Origin: an uncultured delta proteobacterium
Lineage (GTDB): Bacteria > Myxococcota_A > Polyangia > Polyangiales > Polyangiaceae
Length of the DNA stretch: 64,000 nt
Direction: 5' to 3'
Assembly: GCA_963782055.1 (NCBI GenBank)
Contig: CAWAIF010000003.1
Coordinates: 6,592,001 to 6,656,000, forward strand
The notes below the pieces were generated by a model that did not search any database, was not told the DNA's origin, and saw nothing but the letters and a program-made list of their open reading frames with translations. Both the position numbers and the translations under genes were made by a program. Below, in pieces: positions 1-13,157 of the stretch; position 1 is the stretch's first letter; each line of letters begins with the position of its first letter.

Positions 1-2
1 CC

Positions 3-686
3 AGGGAAGCCGCCCCCGGCCTGAAGCGCTTCGTCCATGTCTCCAGCCTGGAGGCGTCCGGTCCCGCCACCGACGGCCGCCCCGTGCCCCTGGAGCAGGA
101 GCAGCCCTGCACCGCCTATGGCCGCTCCAAGCTCGCCTCGGAGAAGGCCGTGCTCGACGCGCGCGGCGACCTCCCGGTGACGGTCCTGCGCCCCGGCGCC
201 ATCTACGGCCCGCGCGACCAGGAGATCCTGGAGGCCTTCAAGTCGGTCAAGCGCGGGCTGATGCCCACCATCGCCGGTGGCGGGGCGCTGGGGGTGTTCG
301 TGTACGGGCCGGACTGCGCGGACGCGTGCATCCGCGCCATCGACGCCGAGACCCCGAGCGGCCAGGTGTACTTCGTCGACGACGGCAGCCCGGTCACCCA
401 GCGGCAGTTCCTCGAGATGGTGGAGGACGCGCTCGGCCGCAAGGCGCTCATCCGCATGAGCCTGCCCGCCGGGGTCCTGCGCACCGTCGCGCGGGGCGTG
501 GAGATGTACGGCCGCGCCACCGACAAGGCGGTGATGCTCACCCGCGAGAAGGCCAACATGCTCCTGCAGCACTTCGTGTGCGACTCCACGCGGACACGGG
601 AGGAGCTGGGGTGGAAGCCGGAGGTGCCCCTGCGCGAGGGCGTCCGGCAGACCGCCGCGTGGTACCGAGAAGCCGGCTGGCTGTAG
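3..686 (+). CDS. NAD-dependent epimerase/dehydratase (extended SDR), 5'-truncated by window edge
   Basis: Frame open from base 3 (KRFVHVSSLEA); catalytic YGRSK (YxxxK); LRPGAIYGP; C-terminal REELGWKP. Confidence 0.85.
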   Translation, partial: REAAPGLKRFVHVSSLEASGPATDGRPVPLEQEQPCTAYGRSKLASEKAVLDARGDLPVTVLRPGAIYGPRDQEILEAFKSVKRGLMPTIAGGGALGVFVYGPDCADACIRAIDAETPSGQVYFVDDGSPVTQRQFLEMVEDALGRKALIRMSLPAGVLRTVARGVEMYGRATDKAVMLTREKANMLLQHFVCDSTRTREELGWKPEVPLREGVRQTAAWYREAGWL

Positions 687-844
687 GCGGGCCCCCGGCG
701 GAACGTCCGTGCAGGTCCGGGGACAGGCCGCCCGGGAGCCCGGAGGCCCCGCCTCCCAGGAAGCAAATGCCCCCTGGGACGGTTTGCGCTCCGGAGGCCG
801 AGGCACTAGGTTGCGTCGGCTAACCGGAGCCTTTCGCACACGAC

Positions 845-3958
<3,114 letters not shown>

Positions 3959-4141
3959 GTCGCCCTCGCGAGACGCGCCGCGTCGACCACGATGTGGGAC
4001 GGCATACGCCAGCGGCGCCCGTGACCACGAGGCGACCGTTCACGTTGCCGCGCGTTCACACGATACGTGCATGGTCCCTGTTTTCCGTGGCGCCCGGCGT
4101 GGAACGCGGCGTGCGATGCAGAGCCCCAGGAGGAGCTCTTC

Positions 4142-4666
4142 ATGAATCGTCGCCTCGTCTCGCAACGTCTCTTCACGGCCGCGACGCTCGGCGGCGCCGT
4201 GGCGTGCAGCGCCGCCACCTTCGACGCCCCCAAGCAGGCGGACGCGTCGGGCACGTACACCATCGCCGTCACCGAGAAGAACAACGACTGCCAGCTCAAC
4301 GGCTGGACGGAGGGCACCTCCAGCCAGAACATCCCCTTCACGTTGAGCCAGCAGGGCACCGACGCGACCGGGCACGTGGACGGGCTGGTGGGCAGCGGCA
4401 TGGCGCTCTGGCTCGGCAACAACAGCTTCGTCGGCAACCTCCAGGGCCCCACGCTGAGCCTCACCGACTACGGGACGCGCTCCGACACGGCGAGTAACTG
4501 CTCCTTCACGGTCAACGCGCGCGTCGACGGCACGGTGCAGGCCTCCGCGGGGCTCATCAGCGGGACGATCACCTACAGCTACGCCACCAACGGCTCGCCC
4601 GACTGCGGCTACCGGACCACGTGCACCTCGGTCCAGTCCTTCAGCGGCAACAAGCCGCCGAGCTGA
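4142..4666 (+). CDS. Putative lipoprotein, beta-rich with Cys pairs, unknown function
   Basis: AGGAG SD before ATG 4142; signal peptide with lipobox-like AVAC; GC3-rich codons. Confidence 0.7.
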   Translation: MNRRLVSQRLFTAATLGGAVACSAATFDAPKQADASGTYTIAVTEKNNDCQLNGWTEGTSSQNIPFTLSQQGTDATGHVDGLVGSGMALWLGNNSFVGNLQGPTLSLTDYGTRSDTASNCSFTVNARVDGTVQASAGLISGTITYSYATNGSPDCGYRTTCTSVQSFSGNKPPS

Positions 4667-4760
4667 TCGCATCGAGGCCCGAGGTCACGCTTCGCGGCGC
4701 CCGGTCCCAGCTCGCCGCGCGATGTCTTGCGCGGCGCAATTTTTTGCTAGAGTGCGGGGC

Positions 4761-5276
4761 ATGAAAACCATCCGCATCCTGGCGGTCGCGGCCACGCTCG
4801 TCCTCGCGGGGACGTCGGTCATGGCCTGCGGCGGGCCTGACGCCAAGACGGCCAAGATCACCCCCGGCGACATGCCCGCCGGCGAGGCCTGGACCGGCGT
4901 CTACTTCCACCCGACCTTCGGCTACCTGCACCTGGTGGAGCAGGGCAACAACGTCATCGGCAAGTGGCAGCGCACCGACAAGAGCGCGTGGGGCCAGCTC
5001 TCCGGGACGAAGGTCGGCAACGTGCTGCACTTCGAGTGGACCGAGCACAAGTACGGCCTGGTCGGCCCCTCCTCCATGCAGCACGGGCGCGGCGTCTTCG
5101 TCTACGAGCCTGGCAAGCAGGGCATCGCCGAGCTGAAGGGCTACTACGGCCTCGACGAGGACGAGACGGGCAGCACCTGGAACTGCGTGAAGCAGCTCCG
5201 CATGCAGCCCGACCTCGACTCCATCACCGGTGAGACGCCCGGCGGCTCGGTCCAGCAGCCCGAGACGCTGCAGTAG
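4761..5276 (+). CDS. Putative lipoprotein, unknown function
   Basis: MKTIRILAVAATLVLAGTSVMAC signal/lipobox; typical codon bias. Confidence 0.75.
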   Translation: MKTIRILAVAATLVLAGTSVMACGGPDAKTAKITPGDMPAGEAWTGVYFHPTFGYLHLVEQGNNVIGKWQRTDKSAWGQLSGTKVGNVLHFEWTEHKYGLVGPSSMQHGRGVFVYEPGKQGIAELKGYYGLDEDETGSTWNCVKQLRMQPDLDSITGETPGGSVQQPETLQ

Positions 5277-6809
5277 GTGCCCGTCTCCAACGCGCAGACC
5301 CGGGATGCCACCATCGCGGGCCCGCTCGGTGGCCTGGCCCTGTCGTGCGTGAGGGCGCACGCGCCGATGATGGTCGTGCGCACCCTGCGCTGGTACCGCG
5401 ACCTGGCGCGCCTCGGCCTGCACCTGCCGCTCTTCCTGGTGCACGACGTGGGTCTGCTCTACGCCGCGCCGAAGGAGCAGCTCGACGTCGGGCGCCGCCC
5501 CGCGACCGAGACGATCGTCGCGCGCCAGCCCAGGCTGCAGGAGCTGTACGAGGTCTACCGCGGCATCGTGGAGGAGATCGCGCAGAGCGAGGCGAGCGCG
5601 CGCGCGCGCAGCATGCGCCTCTCCGACGACCTGGTCGTGGTGGTGCTCGCGCGCGTGCTCGGGGCCGTGGCGCAGCGCCTCGGCCGGCCGCCCTACACGG
5701 CCGCCATCCCGCTCGACCCCGAGATGGTCCGCGACGTCGATGGCCAGCTCGCCTCGCTCTTCGCCGCCGTGCCGCGGGCGTGGGAGACGGCCGCGCTGGA
5801 CGCGCTGGTCCGCTCGCGGCTGCACGTCCTCACCCTCGCCGACGCGCTCGACCTGGACACCCTGCGCCTGCTCGGCATGCTCGGCCCGGAGTCCTCCGCC
5901 GCCGGCGCCCTCGCGCACGTGGACCTGCTCGCCGCCATCTCCAGCCCGGCGGCCAACGACATCGTCAACTTCTCCCTGGAGCTCTTGCCCAGTGTGCTGG
6001 AGACGCACCGCAGCCACGCGACCGGGACGCACGCCGTGCACGGCTACTCCGGCATCGGCTCGAAGGGGTCGCTGGACTCGCTGGTGCTGACCGAGCTCGC
6101 CTGGGACCCCGACGAGTTCGCCCGGCGGATGATCGAGCACGAGATATTGTATTATACACGCGAGCAGGCGCCCGACGAGGCGCGCCGGCTTCACTACCTG
6201 CTGATCGACGCCTCCGCGAGCATGCGCGGCGAGCGGCAGGTGTTCGCGCGTGGGCTGGCGATCGCCCTCGGCAAGAAGCTCCAGCTCTCCGGCGAGGAGG
6301 TGTGGATGCGCTTCTTCGACTCGCGCCTGTACGACGTGCAGCGCGCGCGGCCAGGGCAGCTCCCCGCGGCGTACCTGCTCGGCTTCAAGGGCGAGCGCGG
6401 GCGCAACCCGGCGCGCGTCTTCGCCCAGCTCGCGACCGAGATCGACCTGCTCCGCGCGCGCGAGCAGCGTGACCCGGTGATCCACCTCATCACGCACGCG
6501 GCGCTGCACGTGCCGCGCCCGCTGGTGGCGGAGGTCGCCCGGCAGGCGCACCTGTTCGGCGTGTTCATCCTGCCGAGCGGGGGCAACCTCAACCTGGAGT
6601 ACCTGGACCTGCTGGAGGGGCACGCGGTGGTCGACCACGCGACGCTGCAGCAGAAGTCGGCGCGCGCCGCGGCCGCGACGAAGATCGTGGACCAGGCGAG
6701 CAAGGTGGCGGAGCGGGTGAGCGTGCCGCCACCCAGCATGGGGCCGCCGAAGAGCGCACGCGACGAGGCGATCCCCCCGTCGCTCCGCGCGCCGCGCAGC
6801 AGTCGCTGA
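5277..6809 (+). CDS. VWA (MIDAS) domain protein
   Basis: YLLIDASASM DxSxS motif in C-terminal half; GTG start abuts upstream TAG (true start may be later). Confidence 0.7.
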   Translation: MPVSNAQTRDATIAGPLGGLALSCVRAHAPMMVVRTLRWYRDLARLGLHLPLFLVHDVGLLYAAPKEQLDVGRRPATETIVARQPRLQELYEVYRGIVEEIAQSEASARARSMRLSDDLVVVVLARVLGAVAQRLGRPPYTAAIPLDPEMVRDVDGQLASLFAAVPRAWETAALDALVRSRLHVLTLADALDLDTLRLLGMLGPESSAAGALAHVDLLAAISSPAANDIVNFSLELLPSVLETHRSHATGTHAVHGYSGIGSKGSLDSLVLTELAWDPDEFARRMIEHEILYYTREQAPDEARRLHYLLIDASASMRGERQVFARGLAIALGKKLQLSGEEVWMRFFDSRLYDVQRARPGQLPAAYLLGFKGERGRNPARVFAQLATEIDLLRAREQRDPVIHLITHAALHVPRPLVAEVARQAHLFGVFILPSGGNLNLEYLDLLEGHAVVDHATLQQKSARAAAATKIVDQASKVAERVSVPPPSMGPPKSARDEAIPPSLRAPRSSR

Positions 6810-6815
6810 GCGAGG

Positions 6816-7685
6816 TCAGCGCCGGCGGCCGCCGCCGCGCTTGCGGGTGGCGCGCGGGAGCGAGCGCGGATCGCGCACCGGCTTCTCGGTAGCGGCGAGG
6901 CGCGCCTGCACGCGCCGCACCTCGTCGTGGTGACGCTGCACGAGCCGCTTGCTCGAGAGGATGCGCGCCAGCAGCGCGCGCAGCTTGGGGTCGGTCGTGC
7001 CGGTCATCGCCGCGAGGGCGTCGAAGACGGGCGCGCCGAAGCGCAGGGCGAGGGGCTCCGGCGCGGCGGCGAGGGCATCGAGCAAGGCCTTGTAGCCGGG
7101 GTAGCGCTCGGCTGCGCGGGGCGCGCCGTCGGCGAGGGCGAAGGCACCGGAGAGCAGGCTGACGGCGGGCGCGGCGTCGGGCAAGGTGGAGAGCCACTCC
7201 GGGTGCGTCAGCGCGCGCAGCGCGGCCGCGGCGTGGAAGTAGCCGTCGGTCCAGCCCTCCAGGTCGGCGGCGAGGGCCGGGCCCATCGCCGCGCCTGCCC
7301 GCATGAGGGCGAGCGGCACCGCGTCGCGCACGCGGAAGCGCTTGTCCTCCGCGGCGTCGTGGAGCAGCGCCACCATCGCGGGGCGGAGCGACGGGACGCG
7401 CGCCGCGCACTCGCCGGCGGCGAGGACGGCGGCGAGCGGGAGGAACTCCAGCTCGGTGCCGCCGGGCGCAAAGTCGGCGTCCAGACGGGCCATCGTGGAG
7501 ACCACGCCGGCGGCCGGAGGGCCGACGGAGGCGCAGGTCGCGGCAAAGGACCACCCCAGCTCCAGGTTGGGGCTGGGACCGGGCAGGCGGGACCCGCGCG
7601 CCAGCACGGCGTACAGGGGCCCCGGGTCTCCCGCCTGGGCGCGCGCCAGGGCGGCGTCGAGCCCCCCGGCCGGTGCGTGTGTCAT
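6816..7685 (-). CDS. Hypothetical alpha-helical (HEAT-like) protein
   Basis: Start MTHAPAGG; SRLPGPSPNLEL, AAEDKRFRVRDAV HEAT-like segment; basic C-terminal tail. Confidence 0.65.
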   Translation of the reverse strand: MTHAPAGGLDAALARAQAGDPGPLYAVLARGSRLPGPSPNLELGWSFAATCASVGPPAAGVVSTMARLDADFAPGGTELEFLPLAAVLAAGECAARVPSLRPAMVALLHDAAEDKRFRVRDAVPLALMRAGAAMGPALAADLEGWTDGYFHAAAALRALTHPEWLSTLPDAAPAVSLLSGAFALADGAPRAAERYPGYKALLDALAAAPEPLALRFGAPVFDALAAMTGTTDPKLRALLARILSSKRLVQRHHDEVRRVQARLAATEKPVRDPRSLPRATRKRGGGRRR

Positions 7686-7772
7686 GCGCGCCACCATCGC
7701 ACGGTCGCGGCGCCGGGGTGCTGCCTTTTCCGAGCCTGCCAGGCGGGTCTCGGGTAAGACTAGCGGGCCCAC

Positions 7773-8669
7773 ATGACCCCCACTCGAATCCTCGCCGCCA
7801 CAGACCTCAGCGAAGCCTCCGACGAGGCCCTGCGCCACGCGTGTGCCGCCGCGAAGGCCAGTGGCGCGAAGCTCGCCATCTGCCACGTGATGCCGTACAC
7901 GCTCGGCCTCCATCCCCTCTTCCCGCAGCAGAACCAGGCCTCCGTGCTGCAGATGGCGGAGTTCGAGGCGAAGGTCCAGGACCTCGTCGGCGAGCGCCTC
8001 GCCACGATCGAGGGCGCGCCGGAGGACGCGGAGATCTTCGTCGAGCAAGGCACCGAGTACGCGGGCATCATCCACCGCGCCGAGGCGTGGAAGGCCGACC
8101 GCATCGTGGTGGGCAGCCACGGGCGCACCGGCCTGAAGCGCACCTTGCTGGGCAGCGTCGCCGAGCAGGTCGTGCGCTACGCGCACTGTCCGGTCTACGT
8201 GGCGCGCCCGCACACCAAGCACGGCGTCGTGATGGTGGCGACCGACCTGTCCAATCCGTCGCTGCCCGCCGTGGCCGCCGGCGCCGACGAGGCGAAGCAG
8301 CGGGGCGCCAAGCTGCTTCTGGTCCACGCCATCGACTTCTCGGCGGCGACGCTCACCGCCGCCGCGGCCAACCCGCTGGGCGTCATCCCCGTGCTGCCGC
8401 CACCCGAGGTACAGAAGCAGCTCGGCGATGCGACCGAGACCATGCTCCGCGAGGCGCTCCAGCGCTTCGGCGCGACCGGGGAGGTCAAGGTCCTGACCGG
8501 GCCGCCGCCCGCGGCCATCGTCAAGTACGCCGACGAGGTGGGGGCGGAGCTCGTGGTGGTGGCGACGCGCGGGCGGACGGGGCTCTCGCGCATCGCCCTG
8601 GGCAGCGTCGCGGCGCGCGTCATCCGGATGGCGGCGTCCTCGGTGCTCGCGGTGCGCCTGCCGACGTGA
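7773..8669 (+). CDS. Universal stress protein, two tandem USP domains
   Basis: ILAATDLS...IVVGSHGRTGLKRTLLGSVAEQV and VATDLS...VVATRGRTGLSRIALGSVAARV. Confidence 0.95.
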   Translation: MTPTRILAATDLSEASDEALRHACAAAKASGAKLAICHVMPYTLGLHPLFPQQNQASVLQMAEFEAKVQDLVGERLATIEGAPEDAEIFVEQGTEYAGIIHRAEAWKADRIVVGSHGRTGLKRTLLGSVAEQVVRYAHCPVYVARPHTKHGVVMVATDLSNPSLPAVAAGADEAKQRGAKLLLVHAIDFSAATLTAAAANPLGVIPVLPPPEVQKQLGDATETMLREALQRFGATGEVKVLTGPPPAAIVKYADEVGAELVVVATRGRTGLSRIALGSVAARVIRMAASSVLAVRLPT

Positions 8670-8772
8670 CGTGAGCGTGAGGGCCGCCGGCGTCCGGCGC
8701 GTGGGGACAGGGCCGTCGGAGGGACGATGCCCCTTCGACTGCGGAGAGTCTTGCGTTAGCGTCTCCGCGTGA

Positions 8773-8846
8773 GCGCCCGTAGCTCAGCTGGATAGAGCAG
8801 CGGCCTTCTAAGCCGCCGGTCGGTGGTTCGAGTCCACCCGGGCGCA
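8773..8846 (+). tRNA. tRNA-Arg(TCT)
   Basis: Cloverleaf: GCGCCCG/CGGGCGC acceptor, anticodon arm GCGGC-CTTCTAA-GCCGC, T-loop TTCGAGT; CCA not encoded. Confidence 0.97.
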
Positions 8847-8960
8847 CCGGTCGACCCTGCGGAGACCGCCCCCTCCGGCGCGCGATCGTCAGCATGCTCG
8901 CGATCCGGACGTTCGGGCGGCGTCCTTGCGGGGCGGGCCCGGGTTCGGCACGATCCGGAC

Positions 8961-10403
8961 ATGGCCCGCCCGCTCCCCCTGGTGGCCCTGCTGGCCCTCC
9001 TGCCGGCGGGAGCAGCCTGCTCCAGCGACCCGCCGCCCGGACCGGCCCCGGCCACCCGCACCAATCCCAACGCCGTCCACGTGGTCGGTCAGACCTTCCG
9101 CGACGGCCGCGGCCGCCAGCTCCTCTTCCGGGGCTTCAACGCCAAGGTGGACGGCATCTTCGACGCGAAGTTCGACGACGGCCGCGCCCCCAACGAGGTC
9201 TTTTACTCCTTCGACGAGCAGAGCGCCCAGCGCTTCGAGGATCTCGGGGTGTCGGCCCTCCGCCTCCCCGTCAACTGGAGCGCCCTCGAGCCGACGCCTG
9301 GCCAGTACTCCGCCGACTTCTTCGCGAGGATGGATTCGGTGATGGACATGGCCGCTCGCCACCACTTCCACGTCCTCTGCGACATGCACCAGGACGCCTA
9401 CAGCAAGGAGGTCGGCGAGGACGGCGCGCCCCTCTGGGCGATCGAGCCGCAGCCGGCGCAGCTCCTCTCCGGCCCCAGCGACGACAGCCGCCGCACCTCC
9501 GCGCAGGTGCTCCAGGCCGGCTTCAGCTTCTTCGACGACCTCCCCGCCCAGGACGGCCGCTCCCTGCAGACGGCCTTCATCCAGGCCGTCTCGCAGATCG
9601 CACGCCGCTACGTCGGCAACCCCGCCCTGCTCGGCTTCGAGGCGTTCAACGAGCCGGTGGTCCTCAGCGAGTCCAAGCTGGACGACTTCCACGCGCGCTT
9701 CGCCGACGCCATCCACGCCATCGACCAGGACGCGCCGGTGCTCTTCGAGCCGCTGGCCACGCGCAACGCCAACGATCACGCGCTGCTGCCCGACGCGCCC
9801 TGGTCGCACGGTCCGGGTGTCTACGCGCCTCACGTCTACACCGGCTGGTTCTCGGTCCCCTCGCAGGACAGCTGGGCCTCGGAGGATCCGAGCGTGCTGC
9901 TGCCCAGCATGCAGGCCGCCTCGCAGGAGGCCGCCGCGTGGGGTACGCCGCTCTTCGTCACCGAGTTCGGGTGCGATCAGTCCATCACGCGCGGCCCGAA
10001 ATGGGTCGCCGCCGAGCTCGACCTCCAGGACCAGTTCCTGGCGTCCAGCACGCAGTGGATCTGGGAGGAGAACGGCAACTGGGGCGTGCGCGACGCGAGC
10101 CAGACGGAGCGCCCGGCGACGATCGCGGTGGTCGCGCGCCCCTACCCGCGCGCGGTCGCCGGTGATCTGGTGTCGATCGAGCGCCCCGGCCCCGACCGCA
10201 TGATCGTCCACTACCGCGCCACGCCGGCGACGGCCGGGCTGCCCCACGAGGTCTCCGCCTCGGCCGACTACTTCGCCGACTACCAGATCTTCTGCGACGG
10301 CGCCGAGGTGCAGCCCCAGCGCGCCGACGGCCGCGCCAGCTTCGTGTGCCCCGACGGCTCGAGCGGCGAGCACACCTTCGAGATCCGCGGCACGCTGAAG
10401 TAG
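8961..10403 (+). CDS. GH5 glycoside hydrolase lipoprotein, endoglycoceramidase-like
   Basis: Lipobox GAAC; DGRGRQLLFRGFN, LRLPVNWSALEP, DMHQD, catalytic FNEP and TEFG. Confidence 0.85.
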   Translation: MARPLPLVALLALLPAGAACSSDPPPGPAPATRTNPNAVHVVGQTFRDGRGRQLLFRGFNAKVDGIFDAKFDDGRAPNEVFYSFDEQSAQRFEDLGVSALRLPVNWSALEPTPGQYSADFFARMDSVMDMAARHHFHVLCDMHQDAYSKEVGEDGAPLWAIEPQPAQLLSGPSDDSRRTSAQVLQAGFSFFDDLPAQDGRSLQTAFIQAVSQIARRYVGNPALLGFEAFNEPVVLSESKLDDFHARFADAIHAIDQDAPVLFEPLATRNANDHALLPDAPWSHGPGVYAPHVYTGWFSVPSQDSWASEDPSVLLPSMQAASQEAAAWGTPLFVTEFGCDQSITRGPKWVAAELDLQDQFLASSTQWIWEENGNWGVRDASQTERPATIAVVARPYPRAVAGDLVSIERPGPDRMIVHYRATPATAGLPHEVSASADYFADYQIFCDGAEVQPQRADGRASFVCPDGSSGEHTFEIRGTLK

Positions 10404-10428
10404 CGCCGCCGCGCGCGGCGTCGAAGCG

Positions 10429-12354
10429 TCAGTTCGGCGGGGTGAGCACCGCCTTCGTCCACTGCGGGCTCACGTACTGCGCGTGGATGTCCTGCCCGGG
10501 GATCCAGAAGGGTGCGTAGCTCGGATCGACGTTGCCGCTCTTCAGCTTGTCCAGGTCGACGGGGATCACCCAGAGCTGCTTGCAGCTCTCCTGCCCCTGC
10601 ACGAGCCCGCCGCAGCTGTGGTTGGCGACGGTGACCTCGTGCCCGTACGGCCGCTCCGACGAGTAGGCGAGCCACGCGTAGCGCGCGCCCATCGTCGGGG
10701 CCCACTGCGGCCAGGTGCTGGAGAGCGTCGTGCCCGCGCCGTTGGAGCCGTTCTTCAGCTCGAAGACCTGCCCGTCGGAGCGCCGCACCAGCATGATCTG
10801 CCCGCTCAGGTTGATGAGCGACTGCTGCGTCTTGATGGACCACCACCCCGCGGCGCGGGTGAACGCGACCGCGCTGCCGTCCGGCGAGATGGCGGGCAGG
10901 AAGTTGTTGTCCGCCGTGTCGGGGTTGGCGTTCGGGTCGGCGCCCACAAGCACCTTCGGCGCGCCGAAGGTGAACTGCGTGCCGTCGTAGCTCACCGGCG
11001 CCTCCACGATGGACGCGCGCACGATGTCGTCGCCCAGGTCGCGCACGTACGCCGTGGTGCTGTCGTAGGCGGCGAAGACGACGAAGCTGCCGTCCGCCGA
11101 CCAGTCGGGCATGAGCGTCGCCTGCCCCGGCGGCGGCTTCCCGAGCTGGCCGATCATCGCGGCGACGTTGCTCGGGACGACGGCGTTGGTGTCGGGGTCG
11201 TGCATCTCCAGGCGCACCGTGCCCGCGGTGTTCTGCGCCACCACGTCCGGGACGCTCACCAGCATCGCCGGCTTCTGCTTCGACTCGAGCGGGTTGAACG
11301 CCGCGTACGTCCCGCGGAAGGACAGCGACGGCTGGATCTTGCCAGTGAACTGCTTCGCGTTGGCGTCGAAGGCGAGCGTCCCGAACTCGAAGTTGCCCCC
11401 GTTGTACGTGTACGCGAAGCGCTTGCCGTCGCGCGAGATGCGGTGGCACCCCGAGCACGGCTGCCCCTGCTGCAGCGCCGGCGCGTCGTTGGGCAGGGGA
11501 AAGTCCTTGCCCGCCGCGACGTCGATGACGTGGAAGCTCCCGGTGGAGGATTGCCACACGTAAATGGAGGCGTCGTCGATGGTGTCGCTCGTGACCGAGA
11601 AGGCGCGCGGTGCGCTGGTGCGCAGCAGCTTGCTCGGCCCGGTCGCGTCGACGACCCACGTCGTGGCGCCGGGAAGGTCCGGGCTGGAGGCGCGCACCAG
11701 GTTCCACGTCGGGGCGTCGAGCAGGACCTGCCGGTCCTTGGTGTAGAGCGAGACGTCCAGCGTGGGGGCCGTCATGTGCACGCGGTAGGTGTCGTTGTCC
11801 GACGCCTGCGACCACTGCATCTCCACCGGCGGCAGGTTGGCCGGGAGCACCGTGCGGTCCTCCGGGTACTCCAGCGACGGCGCGTTCTTCGGGTCGGGGT
11901 CCTGCGTCGCGCCGTTGAGCTGCTGCTTCGCCCCTGAGTCGGCCCCGCCCAAGAAGACGTCGCCCGTCAGCTTGACGCTCAGCCCGGCCTGCCCGCTCGC
12001 GCCGCCCATCGACGCCGTCACGTTGGTGGCGCCGCCGATGCCCGCCAGCGCCACGACGCCCCCTGCCACGCTCCCCACCGACGCGTTGCCGATGCTCCAC
12101 GTCACCTGGGCTGTCACGTCGGTCTGCGCGCCGTTCTCCACCCGAAAGGCGCGGTAGGTCGTCGTGCCGGGCGGCTGGCCGAGCGTCACCGTCACCGCGG
12201 CCTGCGGCGGGTCGACGGTGATGGTGAAGGTGGGGCCCGCGTCCGGCTGCGTGACGTCCTGCCCGTTCCCCGCGTCGAACGTGGAGGTGTCGTCGCCGGA
12301 GCCGCATGCGAGCAGCAGCGTCGCCGCGAACAGAAGAAGCCCTCGCCACATCAT
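10429..12354 (-). CDS. Lipoprotein with Ig-like domain and TolB/PD40-like beta-propeller, single CxxCH
   Basis: Lipobox LLAC; repeats ISRDGK, PDWSADG, PAISPDG, WPQWAP; CSGCH motif. Confidence 0.8.
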   Translation of the reverse strand: MMWRGLLLFAATLLLACGSGDDTSTFDAGNGQDVTQPDAGPTFTITVDPPQAAVTVTLGQPPGTTTYRAFRVENGAQTDVTAQVTWSIGNASVGSVAGGVVALAGIGGATNVTASMGGASGQAGLSVKLTGDVFLGGADSGAKQQLNGATQDPDPKNAPSLEYPEDRTVLPANLPPVEMQWSQASDNDTYRVHMTAPTLDVSLYTKDRQVLLDAPTWNLVRASSPDLPGATTWVVDATGPSKLLRTSAPRAFSVTSDTIDDASIYVWQSSTGSFHVIDVAAGKDFPLPNDAPALQQGQPCSGCHRISRDGKRFAYTYNGGNFEFGTLAFDANAKQFTGKIQPSLSFRGTYAAFNPLESKQKPAMLVSVPDVVAQNTAGTVRLEMHDPDTNAVVPSNVAAMIGQLGKPPPGQATLMPDWSADGSFVVFAAYDSTTAYVRDLGDDIVRASIVEAPVSYDGTQFTFGAPKVLVGADPNANPDTADNNFLPAISPDGSAVAFTRAAGWWSIKTQQSLINLSGQIMLVRRSDGQVFELKNGSNGAGTTLSSTWPQWAPTMGARYAWLAYSSERPYGHEVTVANHSCGGLVQGQESCKQLWVIPVDLDKLKSGNVDPSYAPFWIPGQDIHAQYVSPQWTKAVLTPPN

Positions 12355-12442
12355 GGGCGAATCGTACCACCCGAGCCCGGGTCCTGGAGCCCGAAGCCCG
12401 CGGCCCGGGGCCGCGACACGAGCCGGAAGGGCGAGTCTCGGC

Positions 12443-13147
12443 TCAGAGCGTGTCGGCCACCGCCCGCAGCGCGCCGGCGACGTCCCCGGCGATCGGCTCC
12501 TGGTGCGCCACGACGACGCGAACCAGATCCGGGATGGCCGCGAGGCGCCGGAGCTCGGCGCGGTAGGCCTTCTTGTCCTTGACCACGAACCACCGCGCGA
12601 TGCGCGAGACGCGCGGCCCGCCGCTCGACCCTGTCACGTGCCGGAAGACGAAGCCCTGCAAGCCGCCCACGTGGGGCATGTTGAAGAGGGCGTCGCACAT
12701 CACCACGCTCGTCCCCTTCCTCGAGCGCACCACCATCGCGCCCTCGGCCCGGGCGAGGCCGTCCAGGTACTCCAGCTTCACGTCCTCGTCCGGCGGGAAG
12801 TCCTCGTAGGTGCCGTCGACCTGCACCAGGCGCTCCACCTTCTTGCGCGCGGCGGCAGGGCACAGCACCACGATCTCGGGGTAGCGCGCCTTGAAGGCGG
12901 CCGCGTCCAGCCGATGGTACCCGTTGGGCACCACCAGAAACGCGGGCGTACCCCACGACTCCATCTCCTTCATGGACGCCTCGTCCATCACGATGGCGCT
13001 GTGGAGCACCAGCCGCCCGTCGGTGCGACGGGCGACGGTCATCGTCCGGAGCATCGCCATCCCGGGGAGGGAGCCGCGGACGGTCCAGAGGTTCTCCTCG
13101 AGCTGCTGGATGGGCTCGTGCGGCTGGGCGGTCCACTCGGCCGTCAT
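12443..13147 (-). CDS. DUF4336-like (metallo-beta-lactamase-fold) protein
   Basis: RTMTVARRTDGRLVLHSAI, VVPNGYHRLD, CDALFN, VVAHQE pattern. Confidence 0.75.
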   Translation of the reverse strand: MTAEWTAQPHEPIQQLEENLWTVRGSLPGMAMLRTMTVARRTDGRLVLHSAIVMDEASMKEMESWGTPAFLVVPNGYHRLDAAAFKARYPEIVVLCPAAARKKVERLVQVDGTYEDFPPDEDVKLEYLDGLARAEGAMVVRSRKGTSVVMCDALFNMPHVGGLQGFVFRHVTGSSGGPRVSRIARWFVVKDKKAYRAELRRLAAIPDLVRVVVAHQEPIAGDVAGALRAVADTL

Positions 13148-13157
13148 GGGTCGCCTT

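Noticed and set aside
5210..5240. ApbE flavinylation motif in the lipoprotein (DSITGET)
   Set aside because: Consensus DxxS/TGAT/S needs Ala, here Glu; also 24 kb from apbE
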